NCBI GenBank assembly: GCA_964270895.1
Contig: OZ185437.1
Reading direction: 5' to 3' (one strand)
From: Podarcis filfolensis
Taxonomy: Eukaryota
Length of the DNA: 64,000 nt
In this document: in pieces, positions 47,476-60,782 of the stretch
Layout: each line of letters opens with the position of its first letter
Position numbering within the stretch: the first letter of the stretch is position 1
The notes under the pieces: generated by a model
Seen by the model: only the letters and a program-made list of their open reading frames with translations
Told to the model about the DNA's origin: nothing
Database searches by the model: none
Made by a program: the position numbers and the translations under genes

Positions 47476-48543
47476 GTAATATTGATAACATAATAATGCT
47501 AATGCTAATTGTACTATCAGTTAGCTGTTTCAATAATAATGGCCTGCAGATAATTGCTGTATTGAACAAGTATTTCAGGACCTTTATATTATTTTATTTG
47601 AGACAGATGGTACTGCCGCATGTCATAAAATCAGTCCTACTCAAGGACACTTGATTTTATAATGTGCAAAATGAATAAATAATGAGAGGGAATGCGCTGG
47701 ATGATAGGCAGGTGGTTGTGTTGGCTTTTGATTTTTCTGGCATTCTCTTAGCCACCCACTCCCAACTCGTTCGTCATCTTGCTTAGTGTCTGCTTTTTTA
47801 CATGTCACAAAAATCAGTACCGGGGGAGTGCACATTAGTGCTGACTTACAATATATCTGATTTCACTGGTGTGTAAAAATACCTTGGGGAAACCATGGAT
47901 TCCTGGTTTGTCAGATAGCTTTTACTATTATTATATTTAATGAAGTCTGCACTGAATCATAATTATGCTGTTAAAAGCTCTTATTTCTGTTTTGTGCGTG
48001 ATCTGGTAGTAGCTTTTATTGAAAGCAAATAATCTTTATAGATTTTATCATACATTTACATTTCAATAATGTAATGTAAACACAATAGTGTTTCAGATTA
48101 TTCTCTCCAAGAGTATGCAAGGCTTAAATCTTGATTAGTGCCGTTAAAAGATGGCTACTTTCCCCAGTAGCCTTGTTAAAAAGCAGGAAATCTGACTTTT
48201 GACACATAGACCGATGAGTGCTGTCTTTTAACAGATCACTTACTGCACTTATTATTCTAGACATGACTTCAGACAGTGCCTGCAAAACCTTGCATGTGCA
48301 CAGGGCACCCACAGGCTTAGTAAGGAGTGAATCCATTACTTCTATTCTTACTATAGCCCTTTTAACACCAAATAAAACAAAAAAAAACTAAAACTAAAAC
48401 AACTAGGAGACAGGGGTGCGGATTTAAAACCAGTACTATCGGGATTCTTTGAAATTGAATGGAAGTAGATATTTGCAGATTTTGGGCTTGGATTAATCCT
48501 AAAACACATAATGTTTGCCACCCCCACCCGCCCCCAATTATAG

Positions 48544-48640
48544 GTTACCTGATAGGAGGTGATGTACTGCGGTTGTTACATGGTCACATGGATGAATGTT
48601 TGACTGTCCCTTCAGGAGAGCATGGAGAAGAGCAAAGAAG
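48544..48640 (+). CDS. RYR2: RYR2 exon 10 (97 nt) (G)YLIGGDVLRLLHGHMDECLTVPSGEHGEEQR(R)
   Basis: ttatag acceptor and gtaaat donor. Confidence 0.98.
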
Positions 48641-50212
48641 GTAAATTTTATGATGGGAGGGGGAAAAGATGGTCTTGACAGGATACTGTGGACTGGGCCA
48701 CTTGGTGTTCTGAGAAGGAACCAGCAAGAGAACTGCTGCACTTATCACTCCCTAAGCCCCATAGCTCTAGGAAAGGGGCTATGTCACAGGCCCCATGAGG
48801 TGGGGAGACTCTTATTAGCAACTGACCAAGTGCATTGAGACCAGACTGACCCCTTGTCTATAGCTGATGTCACTGGGTAAAATGCCAGCATGAAAAAAGT
48901 AAAGTAGAAGGAACTGTTACTGCTCTGCTATCCTCTGGGAATTTGGGACTGTATTGCCTGGGGAAGTAAGTGTGAGATTGACCAAAGTCTAATAAAGCTA
49001 GGCTTTTGCCAAGCTTGTCTTCATTTGGGGCTCACATTTGAGCATATTCCCCTCATGGAATCTGTGGATCATGGAGCATTATTCATTGTGCCACTTCCCG
49101 AGGACAGTCCCACAAACAGAACAAGCAAAGAAATTAATAGGCTGGAATACTAATAGTGCAATCCTATATACTTGTCCTCAGAAGTAAGTCCCATTGAGTT
49201 CAGTAGGGCTTAATTCCAGGTAAGTAAGTATAGGATTGCAGCTTTAGTCATTTTTTTTTTTAAGCTGTACAGGTTGCAGTCTTGGTTACTCAAAAGCCTT
49301 CATTATACTTACTTGCTATATTTAGTTAAAATTGTTTGAGGACTTAAATCTGTTCAAGGGTTTATGGTTAAAGCACATGGCAAATCACCTGCTTTGCATA
49401 TTGGGTTCAATTCCCAGTATTTCCAGTTGAGAAGGACCTTAACTAGAAGAGCTGGGATCTTGGAAGAGACTTTGCCCAAGATCTTGGAAGCTATTGCCAA
49501 AGTACCAAAATACGGGAACTTCTTATGACCCCGTTCCCAAATCTAAATGTAACATCCTTTTAGACCATAAGCATGAATGGAAATCTTAGTTCTTGTTTTG
49601 AGCAGTTGTTCTATAACAGTGAGTGCCAACAACAGTGTAGATTAAGAAGATACATGGTGGATTTTGCAAATACTTTTCTTGAAAATTGAGCCTGATCCTA
49701 CATGGGCTTCACAATAAGAGGACCCACTGAAGTGAATAAAGCTTGCTTTAGCCAAAGGCTTGTGGAATTGGTATTTTTGATACTTTCGTTTATTGAGAAT
49801 AGAAGTGTCATTTTATTTTTTTTGTCATTTTTCTGTTGCCCAGAGAAAGAGAGAAACCAGAGAGAGAATACTCTAGCAGCTCCTCTGTCACTTTATATGG
49901 AATCTAGAGGGAGAATAATGATTATGTGTCACCGTGTTTGGAGCTGGAGCAGAGTCACTATGGTGGGAGAAAATGTTTTTTACAAGAACATAGAGATACT
50001 TTTTCTCTCACTTTCCATATCCTACTCTGATGAGATTAATTAAGCTCATTTATTTATTAATGGAACTTTTAGACCAAACTTCATTACAAAGAATCAAAGA
50101 ATGGTTACCAGCATGTTATAAAACACACTGGAAAATCATCACCACCACCACCACTACCACCGCCACTGCCACCCATTGGTTATAAGACCACCACCAGTAT
50201 CCTAAAACCTAT

Positions 50213-50647
50213 TGTCAGGGAACTGCCATCGAAGCCAGAGGCGGAGGCAAGGCTCCCAAGCGATGCTGGAGAAGGGCCCAGCAGGGAGAGAGGCAGCTCA
50301 TCGGCTGGGGAAGGAAATCAGCGTAACACCAGGGATAAAGGGGGGCAGATGGGGGAATTGGCGAGGGGGCTCCAGGACTCCTTGCCGGAGACCAGCGGGG
50401 AGAGCACGGGTCCTCCGCTACCCACACCCACCCTGCGCAGAAGACTTCCGCGCAGGGAGAGTAGGCGGAGACTTGGCGTCAAAGAACTTTTGTGCTGGAA
50501 GAGGTTCAAGAAACGCCCACTGACGGATTCTCCTAGCGACTGAAACAGCCACGAAGTGAAGGGCTGTCCAGACAGAAAAGGTTTAACCAGGCAACCTAGC
50601 CAGGAGTGGCGGTAACTTACGCACGAGCAACCCCTATAACCATTACA
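50213..50647 (+). mobile_element. Solo LTR, family A, copy 2 (435 bp; strand given is that of its ORF)
   Basis: TG...CA termini, perfect 5-bp TSD cctat (50208-50212, 50648-50652), homologous and inverted relative to 7084-7511. Confidence 0.9.
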
Positions 50648-50899
50648 CCTATGATAGCCTGAACTTCAGTCATCAAATGCTCAGGAGAACAAATAGGATT
50701 CCAGAAACAGGTGTATATTATTCACCTTCAGGTTCCACAGTTGGGGAACTGTTGCAGAGAAAGCGCAATCCTGTATTGTGGTCCTGAATGCAACAGCTGA
50801 AAATGAGACATTAAAAAGGATCTCTTCTGATCCCAATTTTTGGATTTGATATATAGGGAGAGAAGCTAAAACAAATACCTCAGTCCCAGGCCATGCAGG

Positions 50900-51130
50900 G
50901 CTTTATTAATTAGTTGTATCATCTTGAATTTGATCCATATATGTGCCCAGTTCAGACTCCACAAAATGGGTATGATAGGCAGATGTCAGACAGACATCGG
51001 GCTTTGCTCTAGTAGCTGCATTCTGCATCACCTTCAGTTTCAAGGGAAGTCCAGTGTATAGCACTGGTTGTTTTTTCCAGAAACAGGCATAGCTGGCATG
51101 CCAGCTGAATTTGGAAATAGACACTACTCA
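50900..51130 (-). mobile_element. L2-like LINE fragment
   Basis: Minus-strand LYTGLPLKLKVMQNAATRA. Confidence 0.6.
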
Positions 51131-51179
51131 CCACTGAAACTAGCTAAGCCTCAAGAAACAGTGCTGAGTATCCCTAGAC

Positions 51180-51314
51180 CAGGCTTCCTCAACCTCGACC
51201 CTCCCAATGTTTTGAGACTACAATTCCAGCATCCCTGACCACTGGCCATGCTAGCTAGGGGTCATGGGAGTTGTAGGCCAAAAACATCTGGAGGGCCGAG
51301 GTTGAGGAAGCCTG
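51180..51314. mobile_element. Palindromic hAT MITE
   Basis: TIRs caggcttcctcaacctcg / cgaggttgaggaagcctg with a perfect 8-bp TSD ccctagac. Confidence 0.92.
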
Positions 51315-53210
51315 CCCTAGACTATGAACCTAGTCCTTCAGAGTGAGTGTGGCTTCATGCAGAACAGACCATTCACCCAAATCTGTGACATAGTAACTGC
51401 CCACCAGCAGTGCCTCTGTCTTGTCAAGATTCTGTTTCCATGTATTGGTCCTCTTTCAACCCATTACTATCCACAGGTCCTGGTTCTTTGCCAAAACAGC
51501 TTCATCTGGTTCAGATGGTGTGGCGAAATAGAGCCGAGTACAGTATCATTTGTAGATTTATTTACTGATAATATCATAAAACACCAGGGCATTGAACAAC
51601 AGTAAAACAAAAATCACCCTTAAAAGCAATACATTGCACTACCCCTACCTGTTTCCCAGAACCGGGTAATCAACCAGAGTGAGCAAAACCTGGGCAAACA
51701 GCCAGATTGAAATTGGCCATGATAGGTCTGCTAAAGATTACAATAAAAGGTGTTATAATTGGGACTTGTGTTGGTTAGCATGACACTGATTAAAGAGTGT
51801 TGGAAACACCAATGATGCAGGTTGATGCACCTGCCTCAGGGAACAAAAAATGCAAGAGGTGGTGTCCTGCCCTTCCCACCACTTCCATTACTGCTGGAAC
51901 ATGCCCTCTCTCATTTTGGAAACGCTCTGCCTCTCCTCTGAGTTCAGCTAGAAGGGGCATTCCTGTGTGTGTCATTCTCACTTGTCTTTCCTGCCCCAGG
52001 GCAGAGAAGACAAGCAGCAATGCTTTGTGGAATGTTCCAGCTTTCACCAAGTTCAGCAAGGGGAACATTGTAATGGCGGCAGAAGCTGTGGTGGGCTGTG
52101 GCAGGGGGAGCAGGAGATGGCATGTTCCTCTTTTACCTCAAGGGGAGAAAAAGGACAGGCCAGGTCAGCATTTCTGAGCCAGCAAGGTTAAATGACAATA
52201 AATTGGAATTTGGTGGACTGAATGTTCATGTTCCAGCTTGTTTAAGCTGCTATCTCATGTTATCTGTTCCCTATATTTAAAATGGAAGCAATAGTTAAGT
52301 GCTTTTCTGAGTTGCTGAATATAAATAGAAGTGCTATATAAATCGGTGGTATAAAAAAATCCATAGAGAGGGAATGTAATTAGTACTCTTCTCATCAAGA
52401 AAAGTGAAAATAGATTTCAGGGAATAAAAAAAAGCCCCATTTCCACATGCTTATTTAACTGTACACAAGTTTAATGGATCCCACTTCAGAGCTGATAAAA
52501 AATACCAGGATGGCATGAGAATGGTTTGGGCAATTTAAAATATGTGAACCCTAAATTATTTGAGGCTCAGTTATAGAATGATACCTAACAGTGATTGCTC
52601 CTTTAGTTATTGTTCTACAAATTATTTTATGCTGTCTCTATTCAAGGAAGTTTCTTTGCTGTCCGTTATTACTCATGGTTTGTTTTAATTATAGCTGTAT
52701 ATTTTAATAATTTTGCTGTAAGTCAGCCAGGGAATGTTTAATGATGGACAGCTGTATGCATTTAATAAATAATAATAACACACAAAATGGAAATGCAGCT
52801 CCATTGCAAAGCTCTATTACGACCATATCTCTGATGAGTATGGTAGGATGATCAACTCCCTATTTGAGCAGTTAATGTATCTTCTGTTACTCCCACCTGT
52901 TTTTCTATCGGGAGCAAAAATACATTTTAATTAATTTAGTTCCTGGGCTGCATTTGGTCAGAATTCTTGTTTTAGTCTTCTATAAACACAAGCTACACTT
53001 AAACCTTTCCCCTGACAGGGATCAAGGCAGATAAGAGCAGCTAAAATTTAGGAAAAAACCCAATCATTAAGAAACAATTAAACATTGATAGAATTAAAAC
53101 CACCTATCTACACACACCCTTCCCCCACCCCTATTAAAACTGGATAAATAATTACAATAAAAAAGCACAGCATAAGCCCTTTCATTAAAAGCAGTTTGAA
53201 CAAGAAAGTA

Positions 53211-53436
53211 CAGTGGTACCTCAGGTTGCATACGCTTCAGGTTACAGATTCCACTAACCCAGAAATAGTGCTTCAGGTTAAGAACTTTGCTTCAGGATGA
53301 GAACAGAAATTATGTGGCGATGGCACAACGGCAGTGGGAGGCCCCATTAGCTAAAGTGGTGCTTCAGGTTAAGAACAGTTTCAGGTTAAGAACGGACCTC
53401 CGGAACGAATTAAGTACTTAACCCGAGGTACCACTG
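53211..53436 (+). mobile_element. Tigger/pogo-like MITE
   Basis: Same TIRs as the 4410 family, with TA flanks. Confidence 0.92.
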
Positions 53437-56400
53437 TATTCACTTGCTGGTGGAAGGAAAGCAAGGGGGGAGCCAGTCTAGCTTCTCAAGGGAGGGAGTT
53501 GCAAAGTCTGGGAGTAGCCATGTTTAATCCTCCCAGGACTCAAGTGATGTTTAATGGAGGAGAAGGGAGGCACTTCAAATAGTCATTTGGCAAACCCCTC
53601 TCTAAAGTGCCTCCCCTCTCTTAAAAGGGACTGGGGGTTGGGGTGAGCTGTGAGGGGAGAAATGGGTGATGTATAAAGGGAGGGTTGCTGGTTTGGGGTC
53701 AGATTCAAAGTTCAAAGTGAGGAGGTGTTGGCTAGGTGTGGGAGAAGGGAAGTTGGCAAAAGAGTTGGTGGGTAGGCTGGGTTGCCAAGTGAAGCATGTG
53801 GGGTGGCAGCCCTAGTTAACAGCGCTCATATGTTAGCTTTTCTTGAATTTAAAATTGTGTTAAAAATTTTGACACTGACAGAAGGATTGCTGAGCTATTT
53901 TTTTTTTTAAAATGAAAAGGACAGATCCAAACCATGAGATTAAATCAAACCTAAATTGACAATAAATCCACCCCATTTTTAAAACATGCTGCTATGAGGG
54001 ATAGGCAAACAATAAAGGCAGGTTTATAGGGTTCAGAAAAGCACAAGATACCACAACAATATTTCGTCAACCTGGAGTGCAAAGGTTTATCAGACTAAAA
54101 TGAATCAATTTTTCTTCCAGCATACTGCATTTGGTTAATGACAGAGAGGCCTTTTTCTGCCTTTCTTTGGCAGAAAAAGCCCTCATTTATTAGATACAGG
54201 TCACCCATGTCAAAATTTATTGAAATACACTTGATTTCATAACAGTCGTAATGCGTTTAGGCAACATATTTGTCTATGTTGTCAGACAAAGATGGCTTGC
54301 TTGAGAATATTTCTAAGGTACATTCGCTTCGATCAGAATTCTTTTTGTCCCTCATTTCCGATGCCTAATTGTTATGTATTGCTATGCATATGTGTTTTCC
54401 TTTTTTTTGACAGTTACAGGTTTCTGTTTCTTTAAGAAATGCAGACTATGGAATTTTGCACTTGTGCCTGCTTAGATCTAAATACACCTTGCTGAGAAGA
54501 AAAGCAAATGGGATCCTACAGTGATAAATTAAGAAAGTGTATAGATTGTTTGGTACATAATTTCAATGTTACAGGCTTTGAAATAAACTGGGTGGACAAG
54601 GGAATTCATTGGCTGGGGGAGAAACAGCACAATGGTTCTATCCAGACTAGCTGCTTAAAAGCATGGATTCTTTAATGAGAGGCATGATTTTTATAGGGAA
54701 AAATTGAAGAAGGTTGTACAGTGGCATAAACCAAAATGTGTGTGAGCTTTAGCCCATCTTCTGAGTGCATGAAAAACTGCTGGTCTGTGTGCACCCTGCC
54801 TTTCTGATTTTGAAAGGGCTAAGCAACTTCTCAGTTCAGTTTGGGGACTCAGCTACATTCGTAAAGATAAAGCGCTTTATATGCGTTATAACATATGCCA
54901 ACTAGTTTTCCTTATATGAAGTTTACAACACGTTTAACTGAATTGCTTTTTTGATGTGTCTAGATGCAGCCTGGGTTTCTATTTGTGGGGCACTATAGTA
55001 TATAGTGAAACCAGTAATTGTGAAGTAATGGGACAGGATCTGATATTCTATCAGATGAAAAACTTTAAATAGCTTGATTTACAATTCAAGCATACCTCTG
55101 GCGCTATGTTGTTACTCTCTGCAAAGTTCCTAAATGGGAATAGTAAGCTGAGAAATAGAAACATATGGCACAGTAGGTCGATAGCATTTGTAACAGCAGT
55201 AGCTATTTCATTTAAGACTGCAATAGTGAATCCAGTTGTATCCTCACTAGTTCAATGAATTCAGTAGGACAGACATATACACGTGAGAGGAACTGTGTCT
55301 TGTCTTAGATGCATTTTATTCAGGCCTTTTTCTTCTGTACTGATAAATAAAAGCTTATGTATCTTTTTTAAATATCTGCATTGGAGCCTATGCAGTTCTC
55401 TGACAAGCTTTTCCCTCATGGTTATTAATTAGTGCTAGGGGAATATAAAGTAATAATTCAATTTTTATTCCATGTAACTAATTTGTTGTTTTAATTAAAT
55501 GGAATAGATTCAGTGATCTGGGCTCCTTGTTTAGGTTTAGCCATGGGCAGGCCTGTGCAATTTCCTAATTTACATCACACAAATGTGATTTTTTTTTTAA
55601 CCACAACAGAATAAATTGGTAGAAATTTGATTGGGTCTGCTGGGCTCCTACACACCTGTCCCAGTAGTGTAACTTCATATGTTCAGCAGAAAAGCAAGGA
55701 ATACGCGTAGGAAGCTTTTAAGATCAAGGAAAATGTTGAATTGTCCACAGGATTGTAGTGAATTCTCAGCAAATTACCAATTTCCATACCCTAGTTCAGA
55801 GGTGGTTAGCCCAAGAAGTTTTTTTGTGGTCTACTAATACCCCTCATTTGTCACTTGAAGAAAAAAAAATATTGATGGTTCCTATAGGTCTCCTGCTGTG
55901 GTGCCATGATGCTTAAAGGTGTTTTTTTTTTTTTTACAGCTGTCAACTCCCATGTTTATCCTTTAAAATAATAATTTTAAAAATCTGACTACTCTCATTA
56001 TCACCTGTCGTGATGCCTAAAGGTTCTTGTGATCCCTCGTTACCCACAAATTTGTCCTTGAATTTTATTTGCCACTCTAGCTTTTACACTCCAGCCATTT
56101 CCACATTTACCTATGATCCCTTGGAGGGTTGACCATGGCTCAATGTGGTACGCAGCCCCCCCCAAAAAAGCTTGGTCACCCCCTTAGGTGGTTTTTGTAA
56201 CAGGACAGTTAACAGTACAGGCAAGAAGAAGTGGTTGCTTTTTGTTTTCATTGGAGATTATAGAAACACGAATATATTTATTGGAGCTGACCTTTCGTCT
56301 GAACTGCGCAGGCTTTTCAATTACTGTCCAAACAAGAAAATAAGCATTAATTGAAACCTCCTGCACAACCATGGCAACATAGGTTTAGTTGACAATGGTT

Positions 56401-57186
56401 CCTGCCAAAAATGGCCTTGGTAAAGTTTCCCTATAGTACACCCTGCAGATATATTCATGGGCTCAACATGTTTGATTGTGCCCCATAGCAGCTTCCTCAC
56501 TCATAAGCTTTCTCCCTTTCCCTCATATTTATTCCACCTGGCAGGTTTGTCTTGGGATGCTCTTAGGTCACTTACTTCTCAACTGTACACTGTTTCTTGC
56601 ACAGCTTCCCCTTCCCTGGGTTGTAGGGGAACTTACAAGGGAAACTACTTTAGTCTCTTATTTTCCTGGAAGGAAAGAGTGCTAGAATATGAACAAAACC
56701 TGTCTAATATATAGTACCGTAATATAGTACAGTAGCCATATTTGTACATGTTTTCATTATAAGAGGGAATATCTATGAAGAAAGGAAATGACTGAAATAT
56801 TCATTTGATTAAACAGATCTCAGAGAAATAAACTGGACACTAGTTTGATGTGATCATGCCAGCCCTACCTAACTAGTAAAGGTAGCTTACTAGCTCAACA
56901 AAATATATAATATATCTTGGAATGCAAATCTTTCAGTAGGATATCAACTGGAAAGAAGCCACAAGAGACTGGAAATGGACAGATTTTAAGAGAGCTGAAA
57001 GTCTGAGTGGTACTGCTTTGCTTGGTGTTTATCTTTCTGTTGCCTCTGGTGAAAGCAGGATGGATGTGGGCACACTAGGATCAGCAGTTTCTTTTTGAAG
57101 AAACTAAATCAGCTCTCTCTAAAACACTATCAGCTATTTTCAGCCTAAAGGTCTGGGAAACTCAGAAAATTCCTCTTGTGTTGCAG

Positions 57187-57261
57187 AACAGTCCATTATG
57201 AGGGTGGAGCCGTGTCGATTCATGCTCGTTCTCTTTGGCGATTGGAGACTTTGAGGGTTGC
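57187..57261 (+). CDS. RYR2: RYR2 exon 11 (75 nt) (R)[24 protein letters not shown](A)
   Basis: ttgcag acceptor and gtaagt donor. Confidence 0.98.
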
Positions 57262-59121
57262 GTAAGTAAAGAACCTTTGGTACAATGCAATTCCATTATG
57301 GCAACAAATGTCCCCGCTCTTTAAAATGCAAGCTTTCTCTTGAGAATTTTTTTGTGTTTATGCTGAAAGACTGATGGCAATTTGGAAATGTATTTATTTA
57401 CCCAAGATCTTAATCTACAATTTTGCCCTGTGAAAGTTTCACATGGAATTGATTTCCAATATGGGTTTGTGACGCTATTACAGTTGTCAGATAGGTGTCA
57501 GTTTCAGGCTTTTCAAAATGCTGATTTGGGACAAGTTCCACGAAAATTGATAATATTAATCAGTAAATGCCAGCAGCTGTGGGAAAAAGTTGTACTATAA
57601 AGCTGCAGCTGCTTTTGTTCCTGTCTTCTGATGGTAGCAGAGCCAGGCTAATGGAACAACATTTTTCTTCTTTTGGCTGTTTGACCTTGAGAATTCTAGT
57701 GCAGTGAATGAGAAATAGGTTCCTTTAAAGTTCCCTTGTGCATTTTTTTAAGAAGTGCATTACCTTCTTACCTAGGATTGCATAGGAGCTGTTAGGTAGG
57801 TGGTCTAACAAATGACAGCCTACAGTCCAGGCTAACACATATCCTTGATACTTGACAGAGGAATACTTACCTAAATTTCAATTTAACTGTGATATCGAGT
57901 CATCTCCCTTTATAGATAATACGAGAAACATACAAGAAATGCCTTACAACTGTCAACAGTATCCAACTGCTCAGTTCTCATGCTGTTTATGAAATCAGCA
58001 TTGGCATGGGCTAATCTTCTCCACATATACTCACACCCCTTTTACTATCGGTGCATGTTATAGGCCAAATTGATGTCTTATGTGAGGATTGTGTATTTAT
58101 TGTGACTAGGAGCCTCATTGACTTAAACGGAACTCGGTGTTCTGCAGCCCCCTATTGGTAGCACAAAAGAAATGTGCTGAACTAAGGAGAAGCCTTGCTA
58201 TTTGCCTTTTTCAGTCTGAGATGGATGTACAAAGTACAAGCGAAAGTATGCACCTGCGAATTCCTGTTGTGTTTCCTAAGTTGTAATGAAACGATGCTGT
58301 GTGTGGGTGTGTGGAATTCTGTTCTTGGAAGAATTTAGAAGATTCTCTGAATGTGCAAGTAGCAGTAGCAAATCACCTGACTGGCTTCGCTGCCATGAAG
58401 CTTTTAGGTGTAAGGTGACAGGGTTATGGCAGCGTATTTGTTTTTCCAGCTGTTGCTAGTGAGGCTTCCAATACTGAGCTCTCCATCTCTCCTGTTGTCT
58501 TCATAAGCCACATAATTGTCTTGCTATAGTAGGCCTTTAAGGAAAAGAAGGATGCAGCCTTTACATGAAGTGGTGTCTTCCACCTGTTGAAATAATTCAT
58601 ATGTTTTTGAAACGGGGAAATAGAACATCTTGGATGCAGCATTTCTAGCTGCCTGCACATAAATGAAATGGAGTCCACCCAGGTGTCCTTTGTGAAAGCT
58701 TCAAATTTCAATTAGTTCTTGTGGTCTGCAAGCCATTCACCTTGATGCAGAGCTCTCTGTACACTCTGATGTCCACATGGAGCACTTGCGAATGCGTGCC
58801 CAAAATCTGTAATGATAGACAAATCTATTGTCCCAAATAATATACCTCTTGATCTGCTACCTCTGTTGAGATGAGCATGTAGCCTTTGCTGGCAGCTAGC
58901 TTCTTGGGTGCATTAAAGTTATCTTGCCTAAGAAATCACTGCTATGCCAATGTGCCATTCATTCTGAAAGTAAAACCAAAATGTTAACTCAATAATTGAA
59001 AATATTGTTGTTTTTATAAAATTGAGTTCAAATTACTTTTTAAATCATCTTTCATATTTCGTTTGACATTTAACTATGGAATGTTACATGATCTAAGAAT
59101 GCAAATTTGAACCTTTTTTAG

Positions 59122-59278
59122 GTGGAGTGGAAGTCACATTAGATGGAGTCAGCCGTTCCGATTAAGGCATATAACAACAGGGAAGTATTTGAGCCTGATG
59201 GATGACAAGAGCCTTCTTCTAACAGACAAAGAGAAAGCTGATGTGAAATCTACAGCCTTTTGTTTTCGGTCTTCCAAG
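59122..59278 (+). CDS. RYR2: RYR2 exon 12 (157 nt) (A)WSGSHIRWSQPFRLRHITTGKYLSLMDDKSLLLTDKEKADVKSTAFCFRSSK
   Basis: tttttag acceptor and gtagaa donor. Confidence 0.98.
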
Positions 59279-60617
59279 GTAGAAAACTCAAGTGCAGTGA
59301 CAGATAGTGTAAACTTGATGGAAACATTAACATTTCCAGTTGAACTATAATTTCTTAGCAGTTGGGCTGTGCATGCTTGTAGCATTCTCTCTATGAAATT
59401 AAATAGCAGTGGACCATAAAAGTACATAAGGGTAAAAGTTGTGAAAGCAGATCTTAGATCCGGCTCCTGCAATTGTCTTTTGATTTCATTTTGTTATGTT
59501 GGGCTTTACAACATCTGGAACACTACTCTTTGGATCTTAATACCTACATGCCTGATATATTATGCATTTGATACAAATTCTCTTTAAAGTACAGTGTGCA
59601 TGCATACACTTTTTCACTGTTAGTCTGTTTGTCATAAATTACTCTCTATATAAGTTAAATCGTGACCCTTTAAAAGTCAGATGTGTATTTATATTGATGA
59701 AACAATTTCATAAGAGTGTTGGGAAAATATGTATTAATCTAGGGCTGCCAACTAATACTCAGCTGGGAGTAAATCCAGTTCAGCTCGGTGAGGGCTGCAC
59801 TGTTGGCTAATCTTTTTTGCACACCCATTTTAGAGTTTTCACACTCCTGCCCCATTGTTCAGTAGATGGAAGCATGTCAGTCTTAATAAAAAGCTGCATT
59901 CTGTCTCTTCAAACTGGCATCTTCTCTTTAAAACTTTTATTTAAATCTTTAATGTTCATATAATAGCTTTAAAGTGCATTGTGTACTGGCTTTTTATCTG
60001 ATGGATCTGAAAGAATCACAGCTTCAGTGCAATGTCATTAAGTTTATTACAACTGAGTGAAGCTGAAAAAATGCTGCTAGAGCCAAACTGATTTACTATA
60101 ATTTTATGTGTATGAATTAGTCCAGTTTGGAGGATTCCCATAGGCTCAGTTGAACCTTGTTTCATCACCCTTATATACACATGCGTATATCCCATATAGG
60201 GGGAGGGGGGCCTATGGGAATCAACTGTGTGCAGGTGATGTGGATGACTGGATCATGCCTTTCAAATTTGTGCATAGTTAGTGTGTTAGAATTACTATAC
60301 TTGAAAACGTATATAATGAAATGATATAGACTCCATGCACAGAAGAATTAAAAATAAACATGTAAGTAAAATGTTGCTTGTATAGTAATGTTGTACGTAT
60401 ATAAAAGAAATTGAATTTATGGGTGTTTGGAGAAATGTGGTTGTATTATGGAGGATAAAAACATACACTTAAATCTAATTGAAGTAGGTCAACCTTTAGC
60501 TTGTACGCACAAATGCTATCAGTTTTAATGCTTACTATTTTTTATTTAGGAAAAGATATTTCACCTTTCAAAAAATTTTAATGTATGGGCTAACGTATTA
60601 CATCTTCTTTAAAAAAG

Positions 60618-60782
60618 GAAAAATTGGATGTGGGTATAAGAAAAGACGTGGAAGGAATGGGAGCACCTGAGATAAAGTATGGAGACTCAGTCTGCTTCAT
60701 ACAGCATGTTGACACTGGATTGTGGCTCACGTACCAGTCAGTGGATGCGAAGTCTGTAAGAATGGGGTCTGTGCAACGCAAG
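60618..60782 (+). CDS. RYR2: RYR2 exon 13 (165 nt) EKLDVGIRKDVEGMGAPEIKYGDSVCFIQHVDTGLWLTYQSVDAKSVRMGSVQRK
   Basis: aaaaaag acceptor with a ctaac branch point at 60590-60594; gtaaga donor. Confidence 0.97.

Noticed and set aside
51790-52280. Cluster of overlapping ORFs in intron 10
   Set aside because: No recognisable domain, splice pattern or second copy; consistent with moderately GC-rich non-coding or old repeat DNA.
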